From Spirochaetia bacterium (lineage in GTDB: Bacteria > Spirochaetota > Spirochaetia > SZUA-6 > Bin103): a stretch of DNA of 64,000 nucleotides. Shown here in pieces: positions 8,495 through 17,212 of the stretch (position 1 is the first letter of the stretch; every line of letters begins with the position of its first letter). Under the pieces are notes generated by a model. The model ran no database searches. It was not told the DNA's origin and saw only the letters and a program-made list of their open reading frames with translations. The position numbers and the translations under genes are program-made. The DNA is taken from NCBI GenBank assembly GCA_965208575.1, contig CBDBOV010000006.1:704001-768000 (forward strand), in the 5' to 3' direction.

Positions 8495-11400
8495 GAAGAA
8501 ACCTCCTGCGCAGCGCCCGCGGCGGCCGCGCCGGCGTCGCGCCCCGCGCCGTGGCCGCCGACCAGCGAATAGAGGGTGGGTACCAGCAGCAGCGTGATCA
8601 GCGTCGAGAACAGCAGCCCGCCGATCACCGTGACGGCCAGCGGCTGGCGCAGCTCCCAGCCCTGCCCGAGACGCAGCGCCAGCGGCACCAGCCCCAGCAC
8701 CGTGGTGGCGGTGGTCATCAGGATCGGGCGCAGCCGGGTCACCGACGCCTGCCGGATCGCAGCCGTCGCCGCCATGCCGCCGCGGCGCAACTGGTTGATG
8801 TAGTCCACCAGCACGATGGCGTTGTTGACCACGATGCCGGCCATCATGATCACTCCGATCAGGGCGATTGCGCTGATCGGAACGGCGAAGATCGCCAGCG
8901 TCAGCACCACGCCCACCAGGCCGAACGGCACCGCTGCGAGAATGATGAGCGGGTGCAGCAGCGACTCGAACTGCGCGGCCATCACCAGGTAGGTCAGCAC
9001 CACGGCCAGGATCAAAGCCAGTCTCATGCTGGCGAACGAATCGACCATGTCCTGCCACTGGCCGGCCAGCTCGGCCACCACGCCGTGCTCCGCCTCTACC
9101 GCCGCCAGCACCGCCTGCACTTCTCCGGTGACGCTGCCCAAGTCGCGCCCGTCCAGGTTGGCGGTCACCAGCACCACCCGTTGCTGATCGACACGGCGGA
9201 TCTCGTTGGCGCCCTGCGCCACGGTCACTGCCGCCACCGCCGACAACGGCACCGGCACGTCGCCCACCGTGGTCACGATCAACCCGGCCAGGTCGTCGAT
9301 GGTGGCGCGGTCTTCGGGCCGGGTGCGTACGCGCAGCGACACGTCCTGGCGGCCGCGCTCCAGTTCGGTCGGCACCTCGCCCTGCAGCTTGGCGGCGACG
9401 ATCTCGCCGACCGTCTCGGCGTCCAGGTCCAGCTCCGCCAACTGCGGCCGGTTCAGGTCGATCACCACCTCCGGACTGGTCCCGGCGATTCGCGCGCGGA
9501 CGTCGGCAAGTCCCGCCAACGCCGCCAGCCGCTCGGCGACCGTCAGCGCCGCGCGCTCCAGGAGCGCCGGTGCGGCGCCGCTGATGCGCGCCTCCACGGC
9601 CGCGTCGAACGTGAGCAGCGGCGGGCGGCCGAAGGTAACCGTTGCGCCCGGCACGCCGGCGAGCGCCGCGCGCAGATCCGCCAGGGCGCGATCCTCGCCG
9701 CCGCCTCGATACTCGGGGTGCAGGTCGATCAGGATCTGGCCGCTGTTCTCGCGCACCTCGTTGCCGCCGGTGCGCGACGAGCCGGCCACCGCGTAGGTCT
9801 GCGCCACCGCCGGGAGCTCACCCGCGCGGCGCTGCATCTCCGCCAGGATCACATCGGTGCGCGCCACCGGGGTGCCGGGCGCCAGCTCCACGTCGGCGAC
9901 GATGGTTCCCTGCCGGATCGCGGGAATCAGCTCGGTACCGAGCAGCGGCAACAGGCCGAAAGCGCCGGCCAGCAGCACCACCGCGAGCGCCACTACCCGC
10001 AGGCGGTGGCGCAGGGCCCAGTCCAGCATGCCGGGGTAGCCGGCGCTCACCACGCCGTAGAACCGCTCGAACAGCCAGAACAGCGGGGTGAGCACCATGC
10101 GCAGGACAGCGCCGCCCGCCCGCCCGACGGCGAGCATGCCGCGCCCCGGCGCCGCGGCCACGCGCACCGACAGCAGTTCGCCGGCCACCTCCTCGGCGAC
10201 GCGGCCGCCCGGCCCGCGCCCGGCGCCCGGCGCCGGGTCGGACTCCGGCGGTGCGCCGTCCGTGGATGGATCCGCCGCGGACGCGACCGGCGACGGCCGC
10301 TCGGCGGCGGGTGCCGATTGCGGCGGCAACGCCGGAACCGGACTCTCCGCAGGCGCCCGCGCGGTGCCGTGCGCCGCCGGGGCGCGCAGTCCCGCGGCAC
10401 TGGCCATTGGAATCAGCGTCAGCGCCACCGCCAGGCTCACCACCAGGGAAAACGTGACCGTCAGCGCCGGATCCACGAACAACTGCCCGGCAATGCCGCT
10501 CACGAAGACCACCGGGATGAACACGCACAGGGTGGTCAGGGTGGCGGCCACCACCGCCCCGCCCACCTCGCCGCCGCCGGCGCGGGCCGCCTCGCCGCGC
10601 TCCGCACCGGCGCTCAGGCGCCGGTCGATGCTCTCCAGCACCACGATGGAGCTGTCCAGCAGCATGCCGATGCCGAGCGCGAGGCCGCCGAGCGACATGA
10701 TGTTGAGCGACACTCCGCCGACAAACATGAGAAAAAAGCTGGCGATCACCGAGATGGGAATCGCCAGCCCCACCACCAGCGTGCTGCGCAGGCGGCGCAG
10801 AAACAGGTACAGCACGGCGATGGCCAGCAAGCCGCCGAGCACCGCGGCCCCGATCACGTCACGGATCGACTGCTCGATGAAGCGCGACTGGTCCGACACC
10901 ACGCGCAACTCCACGTCGACCACGCCGGCGAGCTCCTCCTCCACTTCGGCGAGGCGGTCGCGCACCGCGGCGGCCACGGCAACGGTATTCGCGGCCGCCT
11001 CCTTGTGGATCGCGACCTCGACGCTCGGACGGCGGTTGGTGCGGGTAATGGTGGACTGTTCCTGGTAGCCGCTGCGCACCTCGGCCAGGTCCTGCAGCCG
11101 TACCTGCACGTCGCCCACCTCACCCACCACGATGCGCCCTATCTCCTCCACGTCGGCGAACCGCGCCAGCACGCGCACGATGTACTCGGCCGCGCCGTCG
11201 GCAATGCTGCCGCCGGTCACGTCCACGTTCTCGCGCTGCAGGCGGCTGGCGATCTGCGACAGCGGGACACCGAGCAACGCGGCGCGGCTCTGGTCGACGT
11301 CGATCTGGATCTCCTCTTCGACGCCGCCGGAGACGAGGGCGGCGGCCACGCCGTCGATGCTCTCCAGCCGTTGCTTGATCGACTGCTCGGCGAGCAGGCG

Positions 11401-11871
11401 CAGCCCGGCCTGATCGGCTGCCGCCACCTGCCCCGGCACGGCGCTGGCCACGCTGATGCGCATGATCGGGTCGAGCGCCGGATCGAAGCGCAGCAGGATC
11501 GGATCCTGCGCGGCCGCGGGCAGCGCCAGTTGGGCGAGCTGTTCGCGTACGTCGATGGCGGCGAAGTCCATGTCGGTGCCCCAGGCGAACTCCATGATCA
11601 CGTCGGACAGGCCGGCGCGCGAGACGCTGGAGATGTCCACCACGCCGGACACGATACCGACGGCGTCCTCGACCGGGGTGGTGACGAAGGTCTCGACATC
11701 GGCGGGCGCGACGCCGGGGTACTCGGTGCGAATGGTCAGGGTGGGAAACGACAGGTCGGGCAGCAGGTCCACCGGCAACTCGCGGAACGAGATCACGCCG
11801 AAGATCACCACGGCGACAAAAAACACCACCACCGTGACCGGACGGCGGGTTGCGGCGGACACGATCTTCAC
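8491..11871 (-). CDS. RND transporter permease (AcrB/AcrD/AcrF family), first subunit
   Basis: RRPVTV...LPVDLLPDLSFP; TM4 GMLLDSSIVVLESI; QFESLLHP; RLRPILMTT. Stop overlaps the next ATG. Confidence 0.93.
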   Translation of the reverse strand: MKIVSAATRRPVTVVVFFVAVVIFGVISFRELPVDLLPDLSFPTLTIRTEYPGVAPADVETFVTTPVEDAVGIVSGVVDISSVSRAGLSDVIMEFAWGTDMDFAAIDVREQLAQLALPAAAQDPILLRFDPALDPIMRISVASAVPGQVAAADQAGLRLLAEQSIKQRLESIDGVAAALVSGGVEEEIQIDVDQSRAALLGVPLSQIASRLQRENVDVTGGSIADGAAEYIVRVLARFADVEEIGRIVVGEVGDVQVRLQDLAEVRSGYQEQSTITRTNRRPSVEVAIHKEAAANTVAVAAAVRDRLAEVEEELAGVVDVELRVVSDQSRFIEQSIRDVIGAAVLGGLLAIAVLYLFLRRLRSTLVVGLAIPISVIASFFLMFVGGVSLNIMSLGGLALGIGMLLDSSIVVLESIDRRLSAGAERGEAARAGGGEVGGAVVAATLTTLCVFIPVVFVSGIAGQLFVDPALTVTFSLVVSLAVALTLIPMASAAGLRAPAAHGTARAPAESPVPALPPQSAPAAERPSPVASAADPSTDGAPPESDPAPGAGRGPGGRVAEEVAGELLSVRVAAAPGRGMLAVGRAGGAVLRMVLTPLFWLFERFYGVVSAGYPGMLDWALRHRLRVVALAVVLLAGAFGLLPLLGTELIPAIRQGTIVADVELAPGTPVARTDVILAEMQRRAGELPAVAQTYAVAGSSRTGGNEVRENSGQILIDLHPEYRGGGEDRALADLRAALAGVPGATVTFGRPPLLTFDAAVEARISGAAPALLERAALTVAERLAALAGLADVRARIAGTSPEVVIDLNRPQLAELDLDAETVGEIVAAKLQGEVPTELERGRQDVSLRVRTRPEDRATIDDLAGLIVTTVGDVPVPLSAVAAVTVAQGANEIRRVDQQRVVLVTANLDGRDLGSVTGEVQAVLAAVEAEHGVVAELAGQWQDMVDSFASMRLALILAVVLTYLVMAAQFESLLHPLIILAAVPFGLVGVVLTLAIFAVPISAIALIGVIMMAGIVVNNAIVLVDYINQLRRGGMAATAAIRQASVTRLRPILMTTATTVLGLVPLALRLGQGWELRQPLAVTVIGGLLFSTLITLLLVPTLYSLVGGHGAGRDAGAAAAGAAQEVSS

Positions 11872-11959
11872 GGTCGCGGCTCCGCGCCGCCGGTTCGACG
11901 ACCGATGGACGAGTGATGCCGTAGTTCGCCATGCTGGAGTGCGCGCTGCATCACGCTAC

Positions 11960-12016
11960 ACAATACCGTACGCCGGGGCCGGCCGCCATGAACACTGCGT
12001 GAACACCCGTGAACAC
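11960..12016 (-). promoter_or_regulatory. Putative OmpR-type operator (three TGAACAC direct repeats) and -10 box of the RND operon
   Basis: TGAACAC at 11989, 12000 and 12010 (11 and 10 bp spacing); minus-strand TATTGT at 11965-11960. Confidence 0.65.
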
Positions 12017-12282
12017 CGGCGCGGCTGCCGCCGCGTCACCGGCAGATTGACCGACGTGCTCCGCCATAATCATCCAACGACCCTCGGGCTCGCCGGCCGC
12101 GCGCCGGGTGTCGCATCCCGCATCGCCGCACCTACTTCGGCACGCCCCGCTTGCGCCGGCGGCGTTGATCGGCATACGGCGCCGGCAGTAGCTTGGGCCA
12201 CCTTGAGTGCCGCCTCTCCTTCCCGCCGCCGTGCGCGCCGCCTCGCCGGCCGGCGCCGGCGCCGTGTGCCGGGTACCGGCGA

Positions 12283-13191
12283 ATGAAGTCCGCGACGCCC
12301 GCGCACAACATCCTGGCGCCGACGCCGGCGATCGTCGCGCTGGTCACCCTGCTGGCGCTGCTGTGGGGCGGCAACTCGGTGTTCATCAAGGTGGGCCTGC
12401 GCGCCATGCCGCCGTTCGCCCTTACCGCGCTCCGGCTCGCTCTGGGCCTGGCCGTGATCGGCGGCTGGGCGGCGGTGCGCCGCATTCCGCTGCGGCTGCG
12501 GCCGGGCGAGTTCCTGCCGCATGCCGCGCTGGCGGGCCTGTTCCTGGTGCAGGTGCTCGCCTTGCACGCCGGCACCCACTTCACTCTGGCCGCCCACTCC
12601 ACCGTGATGATGAGCACCTACCCGCTGTTCACCTCGCTGTTCGCGCACCTGCTGATCGCCGGCGACCGGCTCACGCCGCGCACCGTCGCCGGGCTGGCAT
12701 TGGGATTCGCCGGCGTGCTGGCTACCTTCGCCCCGGAACTGATCGCCGGCGGTGCCCCGGCATCGGCGCTGGGCAGCGCCGTGGTGCTGGCCAGCTCCGG
12801 CCTGCTCGGGCTGCGCACCGCCGTGTCCAAGCGCATGCTGCACGCGGTCAGCGCCGAGAAGCTGCTGTTCTGGATGCTGCTGCTCAGCCTGCCCGCTGCG
12901 GTCGCCCTGAGCCTGTTGTCCGGAGACCCGGCGCGGCTCCGTTTCGACGTCGGAGGACTCCTGGCCGTCGGCTACGTGGGCGTGGTAATCGCCGGGTTCT
13001 GCTTCCTCACCTGGACCGCGATTCTGGCCCGCTACCGCGCCAGCCGGCTTACCGTGATGTTCTTTGCGACCCCGCTGTCCGGTACCTTCCTGAGCTGGTG
13101 GATCGTCGGCGATCCACTCAGCCCCAACCTGCTGCTCGGCGCGCTGCTGGTGGCGGGAGCGATCTTCGTGAACGCCCGCACCCGGTCCTGA
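12283..13191 (+). CDS. DMT/EamA-family transporter
   Basis: About 10 hydrophobic segments; LLWGGNSVFIKVGL, PLFTSLFAHLLIAGDRL, GDPLSPNLLLGALLV. Confidence 0.9.
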   Translation: MKSATPAHNILAPTPAIVALVTLLALLWGGNSVFIKVGLRAMPPFALTALRLALGLAVIGGWAAVRRIPLRLRPGEFLPHAALAGLFLVQVLALHAGTHFTLAAHSTVMMSTYPLFTSLFAHLLIAGDRLTPRTVAGLALGFAGVLATFAPELIAGGAPASALGSAVVLASSGLLGLRTAVSKRMLHAVSAEKLLFWMLLLSLPAAVALSLLSGDPARLRFDVGGLLAVGYVGVVIAGFCFLTWTAILARYRASRLTVMFFATPLSGTFLSWWIVGDPLSPNLLLGALLVAGAIFVNARTRS

Positions 13192-13342
13192 CCGCCTGGC
13201 GTGGAACCGGCGCATCGCGGAAGGCGATGCAGAAGGCAATGCAATCCATGCAGCACGGGTTCGCCGCGGGCCGCGGATGGATCGCGCAGGCTGCTTGGCC
13301 GGCGACGATTGCGTGGAGCTATATTGAGGCCGCGAGTCGGAT

Positions 13343-14131
13343 ATGAGCAGTTGGCTTCAGCTTGAGGACAGGACCGCGGTGGTGACCGGCGCCGCTTCCG
13401 GGATCGGACGCGCGGTGGCCCGCGCGCTGGCCGAGGCGGGGGTGCGGGTGGTGGCGGCGGACTGCGATGCCGATGCCGGCGCCCGCGCGGCGATGGAACT
13501 GGCCGGTGGTGCGCGCGCCGGACACCGCTTCGCAGCGCTGGAGGTGACCGATTCGGCCAGCGTCCGCGCTCTGTTCGCATCGGCGCCGGAACCCGTGGAC
13601 ATACTGGTCAACAATGCCGGCGTCAACCTGCCGGCGGCGCTGCTCGATGTCCGCCCCGACGACATCGCGCGTACCCTGGCGGTGAACCAGACCGGCATGA
13701 TCCTGTGCGCGCAGGCGGCGGCGGCCGGCATGGTGGCGGCCGGCGGCGGCGTGATCGTCAACGTGGCCTCGGAGTCGGGCCTGGAGGGGTCCGCGGGCCA
13801 GAGCGTGTACGCGGCGAGCAAGGCGGCGGTGTACTCCCTGACCCGCTCCTGGGCAAAGGAGCTCGGCCCGCGGGGCGTGCGCGTGGTGGGGGTGGCGCCG
13901 GGGCCGCTGGAGCCCACCGGCATGACCGGCGCCGCCTACATGGCCGCTCTGGCCAAGGCGCGCAATACCACTGCAGAGGCGATCGATCGCGGCTACGCTT
14001 CCGCGATTCCGCTCGGCCGGCCCGGCACCCTGGCCGAGGTCGCCGACGTGGTGGTGTTCCTGGCCTCGCCGCGCGCCTCCTACGTCACCGGCACGGTGGT
14101 CAACGTCTCAGGCGGGAAGTCGCGCGCGTGA
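13343..14131 (+). CDS. sorD: SDR oxidoreductase, sorbitol-6-phosphate 2-dehydrogenase (SorD)-like
   Basis: TGAASGIG, NNAGVN, SESGLEGSAGQSVYAASK, TRSWAKELG and C-terminal GGKSR match my recollection of sorbose-operon SorD. Confidence 0.75.
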   Translation: MSSWLQLEDRTAVVTGAASGIGRAVARALAEAGVRVVAADCDADAGARAAMELAGGARAGHRFAALEVTDSASVRALFASAPEPVDILVNNAGVNLPAALLDVRPDDIARTLAVNQTGMILCAQAAAAGMVAAGGGVIVNVASESGLEGSAGQSVYAASKAAVYSLTRSWAKELGPRGVRVVGVAPGPLEPTGMTGAAYMAALAKARNTTAEAIDRGYASAIPLGRPGTLAEVADVVVFLASPRASYVTGTVVNVSGGKSRA

Positions 14132-15972
14132 GTCCGGCCGACCGCGCCGTGGAGGCTGCCCGGCGGCCCCACCACGGCGTGTTCATCACCGCGCCGGGGC
14201 GCGTGGAGCTGCGCAGCGACCGCCTGCCGGAGAGCTGGTTCGCCGGCGGCTACGTGATCACCGAGTCGCTCGGCAACTCGGTATGCTCCTCCGACCAGAA
14301 GGCGGTGCGGCAATTCACCGGCCATGCGCGCATCCCCGGCGACGCTTCGCAGGTGGCGCTCGGCCACGAAACCGTGCACCGGGTGGTGGCGGCGCCGCCC
14401 GGCACGCCGGTGCGCCCCGGCCAGGTGGTGCTGATCACCCCCGGCCTGTCGAGCACGCCGGTCGACCCCGATTCGTTCGCCCCCGACCCTGAGAGCGGCG
14501 TGCTGGCGGCGCTCGGCTACTCGTTCCGCTACGCCGCCGGCATGCGCCGCTACAGCGGCCTGCCGGAACGGGTCGCCGAGGTGGTCGCCACGCAGGGCAT
14601 GGGCGAACTGTTCATTCCGATCCCGGCCGCCGTCGGCGCCGACCGCACCACCAGCCTGGCGACCCTGGCGCACGCCGAGCCGTTCGCCTGTTGCCGCGGC
14701 GCGTTGCGCCAGATGTTCACGCGCGGACCGAGCGGCGCCGGCAGCGAACTTGTGGCCGGCGTGCCGCCGGACGCGTCCGTGGCCATGCTCAGCGGCACCG
14801 GGCGGATGGCGATGATCACCCTGGCGATCCTCGCCCGCGGACGGCAGTGCCCGCGCCGCATCGCCGTCACCGGCAGCGCCGGGCGGCTGCGCCAGCTTGC
14901 TGCAACGCCGCCGATAGCGGCGCTGCGCAATCGCGGCGTGGCCGTCGACCTGGTAGAGCGCGGCGACCGGGCGTCCGTGGCCGCGCTCCGCACCGAGGCA
15001 CCATTCGACGTGGTCATTACCTTCTTCGCCAACCAGGAGAGCTACGACCTGGCCGCCGAGCTGGTGCGCCCGGGTGGCAACCTCAACAACTTTGCCGGCG
15101 CCAGCGAGCCGGACATCGTGCTGCCGATGACCATCCCCGCAGTGCCGGCCGCAACCGCCGGCGACTCCCGCGCCGCGCTCGCCGAAATGATTCACCCGGA
15201 GGCCCTCGGCGCCGAACGGCGAATCCGCGGGCTGGCCTCCGCGGCGAGTGTCGCACTGGCCGGATTCAGCGCCGGCGACACGCGCGTCGACTCGCTGCTG
15301 CGCGCGCTGCCCTACGATACCGCGGTAGCCGGCAGCGGCACCGATACGGCGGGCGCGGGCCGGACGGGCCGCTTCCCAGGCCTGGCGTTCGGTGCGCCGC
15401 CGCCCTACACCGACCTGTTCATCGCCGGCACGGGGGAGGCCGCCGCCCGCACGTACCGCGAATACGAACAGCAGTTGGCCCGCGACGCCGCCGTCAACTT
15501 CCTTGATGGTGGCACGCAGATCGGCATCCGCTCACGGCACGTACACTACCTGTCGCGGCACCAGATCTGCGGTCCCACGGTGCCGTATTACCTCACCAAC
15601 ACCTCCGAACCCGCCTCTGCCGACCTCGCCGAGCACGCCCGCGACCCGATCGGCTTCGACTGGATGGTGCGCCGTATCGCCGGCCTCACCGCCGCCCCGG
15701 AGCTGATCCGTGACGTCGGCCGCCGCACCCCGTTCGGCTCCCATTTCGTGCTCACCCAACTGGAAGACCTCCCCTACGTCGAAGTCGGCGCTGAGACGTT
15801 CCACGCCGCTGCTCGGGCCGAGCAACGGGCAGGCCACACCGGCACCGCCGCTGCCCTCACCGCCGCTGCCGAAGTGCTTGCCGTCACCGGCGACCAATGG
15901 TCGCGCGCCGTGGAAGACGCCCTCTACCACGGATACGGCCTCCCCCACCCGCTCACCGAGCAACCCGCATGA
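14128..15972 (+). CDS. Zn-MDR dehydrogenase, L-sorbose-1-phosphate reductase (SorE)-like, enlarged to 614 aa
   Basis: GTGA overlap with sorD. SVCSSD, LGHE, GYSF, AEPFACC, NNFAG, VHY, IAGLTA and the W-x3-E C-terminus follow SorE order. Confidence 0.65.
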   Translation: MSPADRAVEAARRPHHGVFITAPGRVELRSDRLPESWFAGGYVITESLGNSVCSSDQKAVRQFTGHARIPGDASQVALGHETVHRVVAAPPGTPVRPGQVVLITPGLSSTPVDPDSFAPDPESGVLAALGYSFRYAAGMRRYSGLPERVAEVVATQGMGELFIPIPAAVGADRTTSLATLAHAEPFACCRGALRQMFTRGPSGAGSELVAGVPPDASVAMLSGTGRMAMITLAILARGRQCPRRIAVTGSAGRLRQLAATPPIAALRNRGVAVDLVERGDRASVAALRTEAPFDVVITFFANQESYDLAAELVRPGGNLNNFAGASEPDIVLPMTIPAVPAATAGDSRAALAEMIHPEALGAERRIRGLASAASVALAGFSAGDTRVDSLLRALPYDTAVAGSGTDTAGAGRTGRFPGLAFGAPPPYTDLFIAGTGEAAARTYREYEQQLARDAAVNFLDGGTQIGIRSRHVHYLSRHQICGPTVPYYLTNTSEPASADLAEHARDPIGFDWMVRRIAGLTAAPELIRDVGRRTPFGSHFVLTQLEDLPYVEVGAETFHAAARAEQRAGHTGTAAALTAAAEVLAVTGDQWSRAVEDALYHGYGLPHPLTEQPA

Positions 15973-17086
15973 CCGCCACGCACACTCGGCCGCAACCGAC
16001 CGGATACGCCGTCGAACTGTACTTCGACGCGGCCGGCGAGAAACCGCTACGCGAGCTTGTCGATCGGCTCCCGGCACTCGGCGTCCGATCCCGGCGGCCG
16101 GCAGCCGCGCGGCCGCACGTCTCGCTGGCGGTGTTCGACCGGGTCGACACGGAACAGCTCACCAGCAGGTCACCGACTGCAGCCAGCCGTTCCGGGTCGG
16201 CGATCGGCGCCAACACCTCGGCCAGGCGGGCAGACGTGTCCGGCCCGAAGCGGCGCGCCGCCATCCGGCACAGCAGCGCCCGCTGCTGTGCAATGCCTTC
16301 CTCGCGGCCTTCCTCGCGGCCTTCGCGCAACCATTGCTTGGGCCACTCACCGACCCGTTCCACCAACGTCATCCTGGCATCCTCCAAGGTCCGCACCCGC
16401 GGAAGCACCGTGCCCCTCGGCGCCAACCGATCGGCCATCTGGCGCACCCAGTCGGCGAACGCACGCCGCAACTCCGCCGCGTGCGCACCACGCAACCAGC
16501 CCTGCAACGCTTCCACCGTGCGCAGCAGATCCGCTGACGACCGGCTCTGTTCCAGGCCCGCCACCGCGCGCAGCAGGTTGCCGCGCGGAAGCTCGTCCGC
16601 CATCGCCCGCTGCACGTCGAGCAGGTAGTAGCGCTGCGACGGCTGGAACGGCGCCAGCCACCCCCCGGCGGGCTCGATCAACTCGCCGACGTCGCGCACC
16701 GCCGTCCACGGCTCGGTACCATTGTACAGCACTACCGGCAGCACCGTCGGCAGCCGCCCGGCCGCCACCTCCGGCGCCCGATTGCGGATCAGCTCCTGGA
16801 ACAGCAGGCCGGTGTAGATCACCACCCGCAGCGCCATCCAGCGATCGTTGTCCGACTGGGACTCCAGCAGCACCAGGACGAACACTCCGCTCCCGGCCAG
16901 CGGCAGCCGCCAAACGGCATCGCCGTGGCGCTGCAGCAACTCGTCGCTGACGTACTCCGCGGACAGCTTGCGCAGACCCCGGAGGTCCGCCGCGGCCAGC
17001 AGATTGCCGGGCACGCACGCGCGCAGCAGATCCTCCACCATGCGCCGGAACGCGAACAGCCTCTTGTAATTCTGATCGTATTGCAC
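15953..17086 (-). CDS. Rpn/YhgA-like PD-(D/E)xK nuclease ('putative transposase') with altered 3' end
   Basis: YDQNYKRLF, RHGDAVWRL, LLESQS, MALRV..Y, PTVLPVVLYNG..PW, EGREEGREEG; GGAGAGG RBS before GTG 17086. Confidence 0.85.
   Translation of the reverse strand: MQYDQNYKRLFAFRRMVEDLLRACVPGNLLAAADLRGLRKLSAEYVSDELLQRHGDAVWRLPLAGSGVFVLVLLESQSDNDRWMALRVVIYTGLLFQELIRNRAPEVAAGRLPTVLPVVLYNGTEPWTAVRDVGELIEPAGGWLAPFQPSQRYYLLDVQRAMADELPRGNLLRAVAGLEQSRSSADLLRTVEALQGWLRGAHAAELRRAFADWVRQMADRLAPRGTVLPRVRTLEDARMTLVERVGEWPKQWLREGREEGREEGIAQQRALLCRMAARRFGPDTSARLAEVLAPIADPERLAAVGDLLVSCSVSTRSNTASETCGRAAAGRRDRTPSAGSRSTSSRSGFSPAASKYSSTAYPVGCGRVCVAVMRVAR
15969..16160 (+). pseudogene. 5' fragment of a 2'-5' RNA ligase / 2H phosphoesterase gene
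   Basis: ATGA overlap with the previous gene; YAVELYFD...RPHVSLAVF gives the first HxS motif only. The frame then runs into antisense Rpn sequence until 16628. Confidence 0.65.
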
Positions 17087-17212
17087 CGTCGTTCGCCTCT
17101 CCGCCCATGTCAACGGCCGGAATCGGCCTGACGCTTCCATGGCATGACCCGACCAGCCGGCTTGTTTGGTTCGGGCTTTCGTGTTTGGCAGGAGTTCGCT
17201 ACCCTGGACGGC

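Noticed and set aside
15953-17086. Rpn gene as an insertion sequence
   Set aside because: No terminal inverted repeats or target duplication seen; the family is a PD-(D/E)xK nuclease, not a demonstrated transposase.
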